Source: Halorussus marinus | GTDB taxonomy: Archaea > Halobacteriota > Halobacteria > Halobacteriales > Haladaptataceae | Reading direction: 5' to 3' | Assembly (NCBI RefSeq): GCF_004765795.1 | Contig: NZ_SBIV01000004.1 | Coordinates: 124,001 to 188,000 of the forward strand | DNA: 64,000 bases | In this document: one piece after another, positions 1 through 9,150 of the stretch | How positions within the stretch are numbered: the stretch's first letter is position 1 | Layout: each line of letters opens with the position of its first letter | Translations under genes and position numbers: made by a program | The notes under the pieces: generated by a model | What the model saw: only the letters and a program-made list of their open reading frames with translations | What the model was told of the DNA's origin: nothing | The model's database searches: none

Positions 1-1
1 G

Positions 2-256
2 ACGCCCGAACCGTTAGAGGGCTGGGAGTACGCCGGCGCGTACGAGGACTTCGAGGACGCGGACGGCGTCGAGATCGTCTGTGGCGGTCCCGAGACGAAC
101 GGCGAGGGGTGTGGCGGGGTGTACTACCTGAGCTTCGTCAAGTTCGAGGACGGCGAGGAACTCGACCCCCGCCGGGCCGCGGCGTTCCGGCCGCCGTCGC
201 CGTCGATCGACGGCTCGGACTCCGAGAGCGGCCAGCGCTTCGACTTCGATCCCTGA
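2..256 (+). CDS. 3' end of a hypothetical acidic protein with Cys residues (truncated by the window edge)
   Basis: Frame 2 is open from the window start to TGA at 254-256 (…GWEYAGAYEDFEDADGVEIVCGG…GCGGVYYLSFVKFEDG…) with halophile-type codon usage; absent from the ORF track because its start is outside the window. Confidence 0.7.
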   Translation, partial: TPEPLEGWEYAGAYEDFEDADGVEIVCGGPETNGEGCGGVYYLSFVKFEDGEELDPRRAAAFRPPSPSIDGSDSESGQRFDFDP

Positions 257-343
257 CCGAGACGGCGGGTCGCCGCCCGGAGCGAGCTAAATCAATTGAC
301 ACGCCGAGAAACGGTTATTGTGGTTCGCGGTGAATCGCGTGCT

Positions 344-655
344 ATGACCGAAGAGGGAGGCACGTCGCCGCCGGACGCCGAGGACCCCATCGTTCACCGC
401 GAGCTGTTCGAGGGCGAACGACCGGCGTCCGAGGAGGCCGCCGAGATCGAAGTCGCAGAGATCATCGCCGACCTCGAAGGGCGCGAACCGACCGACATCT
501 CGGCGCTGTACGACACCATCGACCACCTCGTCGAACACCTCTTTTCGAACCCGCCGCCAATCGAGGCGCAGGCCGAACTGACGTTCACCTACGAGGGCTA
601 CCGGATCTGTCTCTTTCAGGACGGTCACGCCACGTTCATGAAAGTCTCCGAGTAG
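344..655 (+). CDS. HalOD1-like haloarchaeal output domain protein
   Basis: Motifs 'IADLEGREPTDISALYDTID..LF' and 'LTFTYEGYRI..GH' typical of HalOD1; ATG at 344. Confidence 0.7.
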   Translation: MTEEGGTSPPDAEDPIVHRELFEGERPASEEAAEIEVAEIIADLEGREPTDISALYDTIDHLVEHLFSNPPPIEAQAELTFTYEGYRICLFQDGHATFMKVSE

Positions 656-659
656 CCGG

Positions 660-2162
660 TCACCCCTTGATGTTACACACCGGGAAGGTCCGTGCGACCT
701 TGTCGCCGATGCCAAGCGCGTCCGACACCCGGACGACTTCGTCGACGTCCTTGTAGACACCGGGCGCCTCCTCGGCGACCGTCGCGCCGCTCTGGGCCTT
801 GACGTAGATGTGTTCCTGTTCGAGGTCGTCCTGTACGTCGCCGCCCCAGTAGTCCTGTTTGGCCTGCGTCCGGCTCATGGTTCGGCCCGCGCCGTGGGCG
901 GTCGAGCCGAACGTGCGGTCCATCGACTCCTCGCCGCCCCGGAGGACGTAACTGCCCGCACCCATGCTTCCGGGGATGATGATAGGCTGGCCCACGTCGC
1001 GGTAGGCCTCCGGCACCTCGGGGTGGCCCGCGGGGAACGCCCGGGTCGCGCCCTTCCGGTGGACGTAGAGTTCCCGCTCCTCGGTGTCGGTGGCGTCGCC
1101 GCCCGACGCCGGACGACCGTCCGACCCGATCCCGACGGTGTGGGTCTCCTTCTTGGCGATGTTGTGGGCCACGTCGTACAGCAGATCCATCCCCAGCGTC
1201 TCCCAGTCGGCGTCGAAGACCTTCTCGAACACCTGCCGGGTCCGGTGGGTGATGAGCTGGCGGTTCACCCACGCGAAGTTGATCGCCGCGCACATCGCGC
1301 CGTAGTAGTCCTCGGCGAGCTGGCTCCCGGCGGGCGCGGCCGCCAGTTCCTTGTCGGGGAGCCGCGACAGCAGGCCGGCGTGGGCCTTCTCGATGTCCCG
1401 GAGATACTCGGTACAGACCTGATGGCCGAGCCCCCGGCTCCCGCAGTGGATCAGGACCACGATCTGACCCTCTTCGAGGCCGTAGGCGTCGGCCACCCCG
1501 TCGAGATAGGTGTCGGTCACGCGCTGGACTTCGAGGAAGTGGTTGCCCGACCCGAGACTGCCGAGCTGGTTCTTCCCGCGGTCTTTGGCCTTCTGGGGCA
1601 CCTTCGCGGGATCGCTGTCGTACCGGACGCCCTCGTCCTCGCAGTGGGCGAGGTCCTCGCGGACGGCGTAGCCCTCTTCGAGCGCCCAGTCCAGCCCGCG
1701 GTCGAGGACCGCCTCGACGGTGTCGATGTCGCCCTCGACGATGCCGCCGCCGCCGAGCCCGGACGGGACGTTCGCGAACAGGGCGTCGACGAGTTCTTCC
1801 TCGCGGCCCCGCAGGTCGTCGTAGGTGAGGTCGGTCCGCACCATCCGGACGCCGCAGTTGATGTCGTAGCCGATCGCGCCCGGCGAGATACACCCCTCCT
1901 CGGCGTCGATGCCCGCCACGCCGCCGACCGGGAAGCCGTACCCCTGATGGCCGTCGGGCATGCAGATGGCGTGGTTTCGCACGCCCGGCAGGTGGGTGGC
2001 GTTTCGGAGCTGTTCGAGCGTCTTGTCCTCGGAGATCTCATCGAGCAGGGACTCGCTGGCGAGCACGCGGGCCGGAACGCCCATCTCGCCCGTCGCGGGG
2101 ATCTCCCAGACGAACTCCCGAACCTTGTGGAGCGTCACGTCGCCGGCGTCGTAGGTGGTCAT
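660..2162 (-). CDS. rtcB: RNA-splicing ligase RtcB
   Basis: MPDGHQGYGFPVGG, GYDINCG, GSLGSGNHFLE, HRKGAT and STAHGAGR motifs; adjacent to archease. Confidence 0.97.
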   Translation of the reverse strand: MTTYDAGDVTLHKVREFVWEIPATGEMGVPARVLASESLLDEISEDKTLEQLRNATHLPGVRNHAICMPDGHQGYGFPVGGVAGIDAEEGCISPGAIGYDINCGVRMVRTDLTYDDLRGREEELVDALFANVPSGLGGGGIVEGDIDTVEAVLDRGLDWALEEGYAVREDLAHCEDEGVRYDSDPAKVPQKAKDRGKNQLGSLGSGNHFLEVQRVTDTYLDGVADAYGLEEGQIVVLIHCGSRGLGHQVCTEYLRDIEKAHAGLLSRLPDKELAAAPAGSQLAEDYYGAMCAAINFAWVNRQLITHRTRQVFEKVFDADWETLGMDLLYDVAHNIAKKETHTVGIGSDGRPASGGDATDTEERELYVHRKGATRAFPAGHPEVPEAYRDVGQPIIIPGSMGAGSYVLRGGEESMDRTFGSTAHGAGRTMSRTQAKQDYWGGDVQDDLEQEHIYVKAQSGATVAEEAPGVYKDVDEVVRVSDALGIGDKVARTFPVCNIKG

Positions 2163-2298
2163 ACTCCTCAGTTAGTCGTCGGGCCGGAATACGTTTCGCC
2201 ATCGGTCTCGCGCGCCGACGAGTCGGGCCCACCCGGTCGCGAGCGACCGGACGATATCGGTCGGGATCAGAGGTCCCCGTCGGCGCGGACCGGCCGGC

Positions 2299-2709
2299 TC
2301 ACACGTCGAAGACGACGTACGCGCGCCAGCCTCCGTCGGTCTCGGCCAGTTCCATCTCCGAGTACGTGACGGCCTTGACCTCGCGGGCCGAGACCGCCGA
2401 GAGCGGGACGCCGCGAGCGCTCGCGTCGGCGACCCACTCCCCGTCGGCCGCCCGGACCGTTACCTCGTTGTCGACGGGCAGGACGGCCCGGACGTCGCGC
2501 TGGTAGATGAGTTCGTCGAGGTAGTCGAACAGGAGCGCCTCGCGGGACTCGGCGCGGACCGACAGCTCGAACCGGTCGCCGGTCGCGGGCGGCGCCTCGC
2601 ACATCGCGGCCGCGAGGCCGTCGCCGGCGGCGGCGAAGACCGCCCCGAGCGACTCGCCGGTCGCCTCGACCGCCACGTCCGCGGTGTGATCGCGGAGTCG
2701 GTAGCTCAT
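2299..2709 (-). CDS. Archease (RtcB activator)
   Basis: N-terminal DHTADV, EVKAVTY and C-terminal VVFDV; co-oriented upstream of rtcB. Confidence 0.95.
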   Translation of the reverse strand: MSYRLRDHTADVAVEATGESLGAVFAAAGDGLAAAMCEAPPATGDRFELSVRAESREALLFDYLDELIYQRDVRAVLPVDNEVTVRAADGEWVADASARGVPLSAVSAREVKAVTYSEMELAETDGGWRAYVVFDV

Positions 2710-2818
2710 ACCCCGAGCGACGGACCGGGCGGGCAAAGTCGTTCGCCATTCGTCTCGGTCGCGTTCGGGTCGGTCGCGGGCGGTGGAATTATATTGACCA
2801 CGAACATACCCGGAGCTA

Positions 2819-3307
2819 GTGAGCGTCAACGTCGATATCGAAATCGCCCGTCCCGGCGACGAGAGCTACGTCGAGGAGGCGTGGCAGCTCAAAGAGCGCA
2901 TCCGGGACGGCGAAGACGTGCTCAAACAGCGCCGGGGGTTCTTCGTGGACGCCTACCGGCGCTCGACGGTCCATCTGGTGGTCTCTCGGGAGGGCGACGA
3001 CGAGCGCCTGATGGGGTTCGCGGCGGTCCGGCGGGACGGTTACATCCTCTTTCTGGCGGTCGCACCCGAGTCCAGAGGCGAAGGCGTCGGCAAGCGACTG
3101 GTCGGTCGGGTCGCCGAGAACCACGACACGGTCACCTGCCACGCCCGCGCGTCGAACCAGAACGCGCTCGGGTTCTACGAGCATCTGGGGTTCGAGGTCG
3201 AGCGCCGCATCGACAACTACTACGAGGACGGCGGCGACGCCTACTACCTGAAACTCGGCCGGAGCGGCGGGCTGACCGAGAAGCTCTCGGAGTTCGTGCG
3301 GGGCTGA
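2819..3307 (+). CDS. GNAT family (RimI-like) N-acetyltransferase
   Basis: LAVAPESRGEGVG acetyl-CoA motif, NQNALGFYEHLGF, YYEDGGDAY. Confidence 0.9.
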   Translation: MSVNVDIEIARPGDESYVEEAWQLKERIRDGEDVLKQRRGFFVDAYRRSTVHLVVSREGDDERLMGFAAVRRDGYILFLAVAPESRGEGVGKRLVGRVAENHDTVTCHARASNQNALGFYEHLGFEVERRIDNYYEDGGDAYYLKLGRSGGLTEKLSEFVRG

Positions 3308-3369
3308 CCGCCGGGCCTCGGCCCCGAAAGAACAAGCCTTTAATCGTCGGCTTGCCTCACTCGTAGCCG

Positions 3370-4527
3370 ATGGAAGAGCGCACCCGAGCGTACCTCCGAG
3401 GCCGGTTTCGCGACCACTACCGCCGCGCCGAGGTGTCGGCGCCGCCGGCCCCGCAGGCCCGCGAGTGGGGGTACATCCCGTGGACCACCGGGCCGACCAC
3501 GATGGTCCGCCACCAGTCGCTGCTGGAGCTCGGGGAGCTCTCGGACTTCCTCCGGCGCGAGCGCCCGCGCCACGTCTACTTCTCGGCCGGGCGCTACGAC
3601 GACCCGGGCGCCGACGAGATGGACGACAAGGGGTGGCGCGGGTCGGACCTCGTGTTCGACATCGACGCCGACCACCTCCCGGGGGTCGACCCCCAGCGGG
3701 ACGGCTACGGCGAGATGCTCGCGGCCGGAAAGGACGAGCTACTGGCTCTGCTGGACCTGCTGGAAGCCGACCTCGGCTTCGAAGACGTCACGGTCGTCTT
3801 CTCGGGCGGTCGGGGATACCACGCCCACGTCCGCGACGAGGGCGTCCGCGACCTCGACCGCGATCGGCGCCGGGAGATCGTCGACTACGTCCGGGGCGAG
3901 GGCGTCGACCTCGACGCGATCCAGCGCACGGAGATGGGCGGCACCGCGACCCGGAGGGTCCTCAAGACCGACGGCGGGTGGGGCCGGCGGGTCCACCGGC
4001 GACTGCTCGGCCTCGCCGACGACCTGCTCGCGATGGACGAAGCCGACGCGCTCGACCGGCTCCGGGAGTTCGACCGGATCGGCGAGGGCCGGGCGAAGAC
4101 CATCCTCGGGGCGGTCTCTGAAGACTACGAGAAGCTGGCGAGCGGCAACATCGAGCGGGGCGGCCCCGGCATCCGTCAGCTCGCGAAGGTGATGACCGGC
4201 GAGGTCGTCGCCGACGAGTCGGCCGCGATCGACGAGCCGGTGACGACCGACGTCCGGCGGCTGATCCGACTGCCGGGGAGCCTCCACGGCGGGACCGGGT
4301 TCGAAGTGACGCCCATCCCCCGCGAGGAGGTCGAGGCGTTCGACCCGCTGGTCGATCCCATCCCGGAGACGTTCGTGGGCCACGACGTGACCGTCGAGGT
4401 CACCGACCCCGGCACGGTCGAACTCGACGGCGAAAGCTTTAGGCTCCCGGCGGGAGAGGTATCGGTCCCCGAATACGTGGCCGTGTTCCTGATGGCGCGC
4501 GGCCGGGCCGAGAAGGGTCGAGAATGA
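3370..4527 (+). CDS. priS: DNA primase small (catalytic) subunit
   Basis: DLVFDIDADH, FSGGRGYH and IDEPVTTDVRRLIRLPGSLH motifs of archaeal/eukaryotic primases. Confidence 0.97.
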   Translation: MEERTRAYLRGRFRDHYRRAEVSAPPAPQAREWGYIPWTTGPTTMVRHQSLLELGELSDFLRRERPRHVYFSAGRYDDPGADEMDDKGWRGSDLVFDIDADHLPGVDPQRDGYGEMLAAGKDELLALLDLLEADLGFEDVTVVFSGGRGYHAHVRDEGVRDLDRDRRREIVDYVRGEGVDLDAIQRTEMGGTATRRVLKTDGGWGRRVHRRLLGLADDLLAMDEADALDRLREFDRIGEGRAKTILGAVSEDYEKLASGNIERGGPGIRQLAKVMTGEVVADESAAIDEPVTTDVRRLIRLPGSLHGGTGFEVTPIPREEVEAFDPLVDPIPETFVGHDVTVEVTDPGTVELDGESFRLPAGEVSVPEYVAVFLMARGRAEKGRE

Positions 4528-5399
4528 ATCTGGACGAACTCCGCACGGTACAGAACAAAGAGCGTTCGAAAGACAGCCTCCAGCACCTGCGCGAGTCGTT
4601 CTACGCCGAGGTCGGCGAGTACATCGCCGACCTCAAGGCCGAACGCGAGCGCGCCGCCGAGCGCGCCGAGAGCCAGTTCGACGACCCGGAGGTCAACCGC
4701 CTCACCGACGAGATCCACACCGCCGAGGACGTCGTCGAAGCGGTATACGAGCGCCGGGTCGGGAAGGTAGTCAAGCGCGCGAGCCTCGCCGCCGCGGGGA
4801 TGCCCGCCGACGAGGAGGGGCTGACCGCCGAGGAGCAAGAGCTGTTCACGTCGCTGGTCGAGGAGATCGAGGCCAACAAGGCCGAGGTGCTCGACATCCT
4901 CGCGGGCGAGAGCGACGCCGCACGGGCCTCGGCGGACGCCGACGCCTCGCCGGTCACCGACTCGACCCCTCACAGCGACCCCGCCGAGCCCGACGACGCC
5001 GACACCGAAACGGACGTGAGCGCCGCGGACCTGATGGGCGGGGGCTCGCCGGTCGACGACGAGCCGGCGAGCGCGGCGCCGACCGACGACTCCGACGGTG
5101 ACGACCCGCGACCGGCCCCCGACGAGGCGGCCGCGGTCGCGGGCGCGCCCGACGGCCCGGAGGTGGACGCGCTCGACGACCGACAGGAGGCCGACAGCGA
5201 CCCCGACGACTCCACGGACCCCACCGAGGGGCTCGACGACCGCACCACCGTCCGCATCACCCGCGACGTGGGCGAGATCTTCGGCGTCGACGAGCGCACC
5301 TACGAGCTCGCCAGCGAGGACGTGGTGACCCTGCCCGAGGAAAACGCGGGGCCGCTGGTCGAGCGCGGCGCGGCAGAGCGACTCACCGACGTTTTTTAG
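4524..5399 (+). CDS. ginS: GINS complex subunit (Gins51-type) with long acidic linker
   Basis: ATGA-coupled to priS; helical A domain (SLQHLRESFY…RRVGKVVKRA) and C-terminal B domain (VRITRDVGEIFGVD…DVVTLPEENA.PLVERG). Confidence 0.85.
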   Translation: MNLDELRTVQNKERSKDSLQHLRESFYAEVGEYIADLKAERERAAERAESQFDDPEVNRLTDEIHTAEDVVEAVYERRVGKVVKRASLAAAGMPADEEGLTAEEQELFTSLVEEIEANKAEVLDILAGESDAARASADADASPVTDSTPHSDPAEPDDADTETDVSAADLMGGGSPVDDEPASAAPTDDSDGDDPRPAPDEAAAVAGAPDGPEVDALDDRQEADSDPDDSTDPTEGLDDRTTVRITRDVGEIFGVDERTYELASEDVVTLPEENAGPLVERGAAERLTDVF

Positions 5400-5474
5400 C
5401 GGGGTCCTCGCTCGCCACGCTCGCTCGAACCCCGCCAAAAACGTCGATGGAAACGCCTCGCGTCGCTCGGCGTC
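5384..5474 (+). repeat. Stop-codon-anchored palindromic (REP/MITE-like) element, copy 1
   Basis: CGACGTTTTTTAGCGGGG (5387-5404) pairs imperfectly with CCCCGCCAAAAACGTCG (5430-5446); the ginS stop lies in the left arm. Confidence 0.6.
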
Positions 5475-5801
5475 TATCGTGCAACTCAGACGATCTAGCA
5501 CCCATACGTCCTATCCGATCGTTCTCAGAGTAGCAGTTGGGAAGTACAGAGCGTGGACTCACTGTTGTGCGTGACATCATCATCCGCGAGTCTCGAACCG
5601 GAACGAAGCCCTCGGACGACTCTCGATTTCAATCCGGTTGCAAACCGTCAGGCAGGGTTTTTCTTCAACTCTGTGCCGGACAAATTCTCCGTATTCGGCA
5701 CGACCACCGCAAAGACATCTCGAATATGATAGAAGCGGCGTGGTACGTTCGCGTTTCGAATTCACCAAACAAGGCAAGACAGCCCCGCCTTTGAATTTAG
5801 A

Positions 5802-5850
5802 GGCTTTGTTGGATTCCTATCTTCAGAGACAGCTCTACCTGAAATAGCCG
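5802..5850 (+). mobile_element. Orphan degenerate IS/MITE end
   Basis: GGCTTTGTTGGATTCCTATCTTCAGAG…CCTGAAATAGCC resembles the reverse complement of 6241-6289 over about 48 bp. Confidence 0.6.
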
Positions 5851-5916
5851 GCCGATGAGAACTGCCCCTTGGCCGCCGATGATCCGACCACTTCAGAATA
5901 CTAAGTACATACTACT

Positions 5917-6289
5917 GGCTTTGTTGAAGTCCTCAGCAGTTGATAGTTTTACACCCCAATTGCTCAGTACAGAGGGTCGTCTATCGTGGGTCAAACATAT
6001 AGTAGACGATTACCGTCGTAACTCCCATCATCACTGCGTGGATGGCGGTCACTCCCTGAAACAGCAGACTCCCAGCGAATACCCCGAAGAAGCTCGCAAT
6101 ACCAACTGCGATGGCAAATTTTAGTCGGGGGAGATCTTCGACCCACGCTTCAAACTGGTAGTATGATTGTAGCGCCATCGCCGTGATGTTGTTTGAACAG
6201 TAGCGTATAAAATCGTATGCTGATACAGGTCGGATCAACAAGCCGTTTCAGGCGAAGATATATCTGAAGAATAGGATTTCAACAGAGCC
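5917..6289. mobile_element. Non-autonomous IS-derived cassette (MITE/mobile insertion cassette) with a passenger gene
   Basis: TIRs GGCTTTGTTGAAGTCCT (5917-5933) and AGGATTTCAACAGAGCC (6273-6289), 15/17 matching; direct repeat ATACTACT at 5909-5916 and 6290-6297; AT-richer than the flanks; no transposase. Confidence 0.85.
5981..6178 (-). CDS. Small two-TM membrane protein (passenger gene, 65 aa)
   Basis: MALQSYYQFEAWVEDLPRLKFAIAVG…YYMFDPR with two hydrophobic segments; TTTTATA box (minus strand, 6206-6212) about 28 nt upstream of the ATG. Confidence 0.7.
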   Translation of the reverse strand: MALQSYYQFEAWVEDLPRLKFAIAVGIASFFGVFAGSLLFQGVTAIHAVMMGVTTVIVYYMFDPR

Positions 6290-6348
6290 ATACTACTAGC
6301 TACTGGTAGCGCTCGGCGATGCTTCCTGCCGTCGTACACCGTAATCCG

Positions 6349-6494
6349 CCGCGAGCGAACGGAGTGAGCGCGGACCAAGGAGCCCTCGAAGTCACGCGCC
6401 GGAGGCGCGTGACTGAGGGGGTGACAACGTGTTTTTCATGAAAGTTTTCCAAGGGAGGGCGCGTTTATGCGCCCGACCGCTGGAAACGTTTCAT
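6349..6494 (-). repeat. Stop-codon-anchored palindromic element, copy 2
   Basis: Minus strand: ATGAAACGTTTCCA…TGGAAAACTTTCAT hairpin containing the cdc48 stop, then a GTCACCCCCTCAG-hairpin-CTTCGAGG…TCGCTCGCGG block homologous to 41067-41160. Confidence 0.75.
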
Positions 6495-8755
6495 TGGAAC
6501 GTCCGACCCAGCTGGTCCTGTTCGGTCTCGGGCTCGGCGGTGTCGAACTGCTCTTCGATTTCCTCGTAGCGCTCTTTGGTCTCCTCGGTCACGCTCGGGG
6601 TGACCTCGGTGAGCGCCTGCTCGAAGTGTTCCTTGCTGACCCGGACGTTCCCGACGCTGTCGCCGATGTCCTCGGGATCGACGCTGTGGATGAACTCCCG
6701 GGACGCGGCCATCGAGGCCTCGCGGGCGACCGCCTCGATGTCGGCGCCGACGTAGCCCTCGGTCTCGGCCGCGAGCCGATCGAGGTCGACGTCGTCGGCC
6801 ACCGGCTTCTCGCGGGTGTGGACCTCGAAGATCGCCTTCCGGGCGTCCTCGTCGGGCACCGGGACGTGGACGTGCCGATCGAGCCGACCCGGGCGCAACA
6901 GCGCCGAGTCGATCAGGTCCGGCCGGTTCGAGGTCGCGATCACGACCACGTCTTCGAGCTCTTCGAGGCCGTCGAGCTCCGTCAGGAGCTGGGAGACCAC
7001 GCGTTCGCCGACCTGCGAGCCCCCGCCCTGTCCGGAGCCGCGCTCGGTGGCGATCGAGTCGATCTCGTCGAAGAACACCACGGTCGGGGCGTTCTCCCGG
7101 GCCTTGCTGAACACCTCGCGGACGCCCTTCTCGGACTCGCCGACCCACTTGCTGAGGAGTTCGGGGCCCTTGATCGAGATGAAGTTGCTGTCGGCCTCGT
7201 TGGCGACGGCCTTCGCCATCAGGGTCTTGCCCGTGCCCGGCGGGCCGTACATCAGCACGCCCTTGGCGGCCTGCATGTCGAGTTCTTCGAACACTTCGGG
7301 GTACTCGAGGGGCCACTGGATGGTCTCGCGGAGGCGCTCTTTGGTGTCTTCTAGACCGCCGACCTGATCCCACGAGACGTCGGGGACCTCGACGAACACC
7401 TCGCGGAGCGCGGAGGGCTCGATGCCCTTCAGCGCCTCCTTGAAGTCGCGCTCGGTGACCTGGAGCGAGTCGAGCACGTCGGCGGAGATCTCGTCGGATT
7501 CGAGGTCGATCTCCGGCCGGATCCGCCGGAGCGCGTTCATCGCCGACTCCTTGGCGAGGTTCTCGAGGTCGGCGCCGACGAAGCCGTGGGTGTTGTCGGC
7601 GTACTCCTCGAGGTCGATGCCCTCCGCGAGGGGCATCCCGCGGGTGTGGACCTGCATGATCTCGAGGCGGCCGTCCCGGTCCGGGACGCCGATCTCGATC
7701 TCGCGGTCGAACCGACCCGGGCGCCGCAGGGCGGGGTCGACCGCGTCGATCCGGTTGGTCGCCGCGATCACGGTGACGTCGCCGCGGGATTCGAGCCCGT
7801 CCATCAGCGACAGGAGCTGGGCGACCACGCGGCGCTCGACGTCGCCGCCGGCGTCCTCGCGCTTGGGCGCGATGGAGTCGAGCTCGTCGATGAACACGAT
7901 CGCCGGGGCGTTCTCCTCGGCGTCCTCGAACACCTCGCGGAGCTTCTCCTCGGACTCCCCGTAGTACTTGCTCATGATCTCGGGGCCCGAGATGGTCTGG
8001 AAGTGGGCGTCGATCTCGTTGGCGACCGCCTTCGCCATCAGGGTCTTGCCCGTGCCCGGCGGGCCGTGGAGCACCACGCCCTTCGGGGGCTCGATGCCGA
8101 GCCGCTGGAACAGCTCGGGATGGCGCATCGGGAGCTCGATCATCTCCCGGACCTGTTCGAGTTCGCCCTCGAGGCCGCCGATGTCCTCGTAGGTCACGCT
8201 CGGGGTGCCCTCCCCGCCGGCGCCCCCGGCCGCCCCGACCTCCTCGGCGGGACGTTCGCTGACGTTGATCTCCGTCGAGTCGGTCACGACGACCGTCCCC
8301 TCTGGGTCGGTGTTCGCGACCTTCAGGGGAATCGACTGGCCCGATCCCATCCCCATCAGCCCGAAGCCGAACGGGACGTTCTGGCCCTGCGTGATGGCCT
8401 GTCCGCTCAGCTTGTCGCGGATGTGGGGCGCGATGTTCCCGCGGATCTGGAGGTTCTGCGGGAGCGCGATGGTGACCGAGTTGGCCGGCTTCACGTCGGC
8501 GGGTTCGATCGTGACCTTGTCGTCGATACCGACGCCAGCCTCTTGGCGGAGCTGGCCGTCGATCCGGACGACGCCGCGACCCTCGTCTTCGGGGTAGCCG
8601 GGCCAGACCCGGGCGACCGCCCGGCCCTGCCCGCGGCCCTCGATGACCACGTAGTCGCCGTTCTCGACGCCGAGCTCCTGCATCGAGCGCCGATCGACGG
8701 CCGCGAGCCCGCGGCCGGCGTCTTTCTGCTTCAGCGGCTTTACTGTGAGCTTCAT
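6491..8755 (-). CDS. cdc48: CDC48/VAT family AAA+ ATPase (hsp20-linked paralogue)
   Basis: N domain plus two AAA modules (GPPGTGKT twice, [28 protein letters not shown]). Confidence 0.97.
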   Translation of the reverse strand: MKLTVKPLKQKDAGRGLAAVDRRSMQELGVENGDYVVIEGRGQGRAVARVWPGYPEDEGRGVVRIDGQLRQEAGVGIDDKVTIEPADVKPANSVTIALPQNLQIRGNIAPHIRDKLSGQAITQGQNVPFGFGLMGMGSGQSIPLKVANTDPEGTVVVTDSTEINVSERPAEEVGAAGGAGGEGTPSVTYEDIGGLEGELEQVREMIELPMRHPELFQRLGIEPPKGVVLHGPPGTGKTLMAKAVANEIDAHFQTISGPEIMSKYYGESEEKLREVFEDAEENAPAIVFIDELDSIAPKREDAGGDVERRVVAQLLSLMDGLESRGDVTVIAATNRIDAVDPALRRPGRFDREIEIGVPDRDGRLEIMQVHTRGMPLAEGIDLEEYADNTHGFVGADLENLAKESAMNALRRIRPEIDLESDEISADVLDSLQVTERDFKEALKGIEPSALREVFVEVPDVSWDQVGGLEDTKERLRETIQWPLEYPEVFEELDMQAAKGVLMYGPPGTGKTLMAKAVANEADSNFISIKGPELLSKWVGESEKGVREVFSKARENAPTVVFFDEIDSIATERGSGQGGGSQVGERVVSQLLTELDGLEELEDVVVIATSNRPDLIDSALLRPGRLDRHVHVPVPDEDARKAIFEVHTREKPVADDVDLDRLAAETEGYVGADIEAVAREASMAASREFIHSVDPEDIGDSVGNVRVSKEHFEQALTEVTPSVTEETKERYEEIEEQFDTAEPETEQDQLGRTFQ

Positions 8756-8997
8756 TGTTCCACCTCGATACTGAGGACGCCGTTGGTGATAAACACTTCC
8801 GCCCCGCTGTCGGGGAGGTCGAATTCGAACTGCCCGGACGCCTCGTCGTCGTCCACGACGACGATGGCCACGTCGTCGAGCACGTCGACTGCGGCGTCTC
8901 CGTCGACGCCGAGGTCGACCGCCAGCACCGCCTCGTCGCCGTACTGGTAGTGGCGGGCGAACACGTCCTCCCGTTCCGAGATACGTTTCAGTGACAT
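8752..8997 (-). CDS. Minimal Hsp20/alpha-crystallin-like protein
   Basis: 81 aa, beta-rich, ends NGVLSIEV (alpha-crystallin-like motif); ATGA-coupled to cdc48. Confidence 0.75.
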   Translation of the reverse strand: MSLKRISEREDVFARHYQYGDEAVLAVDLGVDGDAAVDVLDDVAIVVVDDDEASGQFEFDLPDSGAEVFITNGVLSIEVEQ

Positions 8998-9005
8998 CTT
9001 GATTC

Positions 9006-9037
9006 CTAACTCAAGGTTAGTGCCACTAATATATAAA
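9006..9037 (-). promoter_or_regulatory. HSR1-type operator CTAAC-N5-GTTAG plus TATA box of the hsp20-cdc48 operon
   Basis: CTAAC TCAAG GTTAG at 9006-9020, between TTTATATA (minus, 9030-9037) and the ATG at 8997. Confidence 0.75.
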
Positions 9038-9150
9038 TGTTTCTCCGACGAATCGCAGTAAGGCGCCGGTCCGTCCGAACAATCCTCGAATTGCGGTTCC
9101 GGCGCGACTCCGACCGGAGGTTTTTGTCCTCCGCACGCGAACGCAAACGC

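Noticed and set aside
5537..6124. ORF-track calls 5537-5794, 5580-5777, 5638-5847 and 5855-6124
   Set aside because: Non-acidic, mutually overlapping, some crossing element ends, no recognisable motif; only 5981-6178 has promoter and TM support
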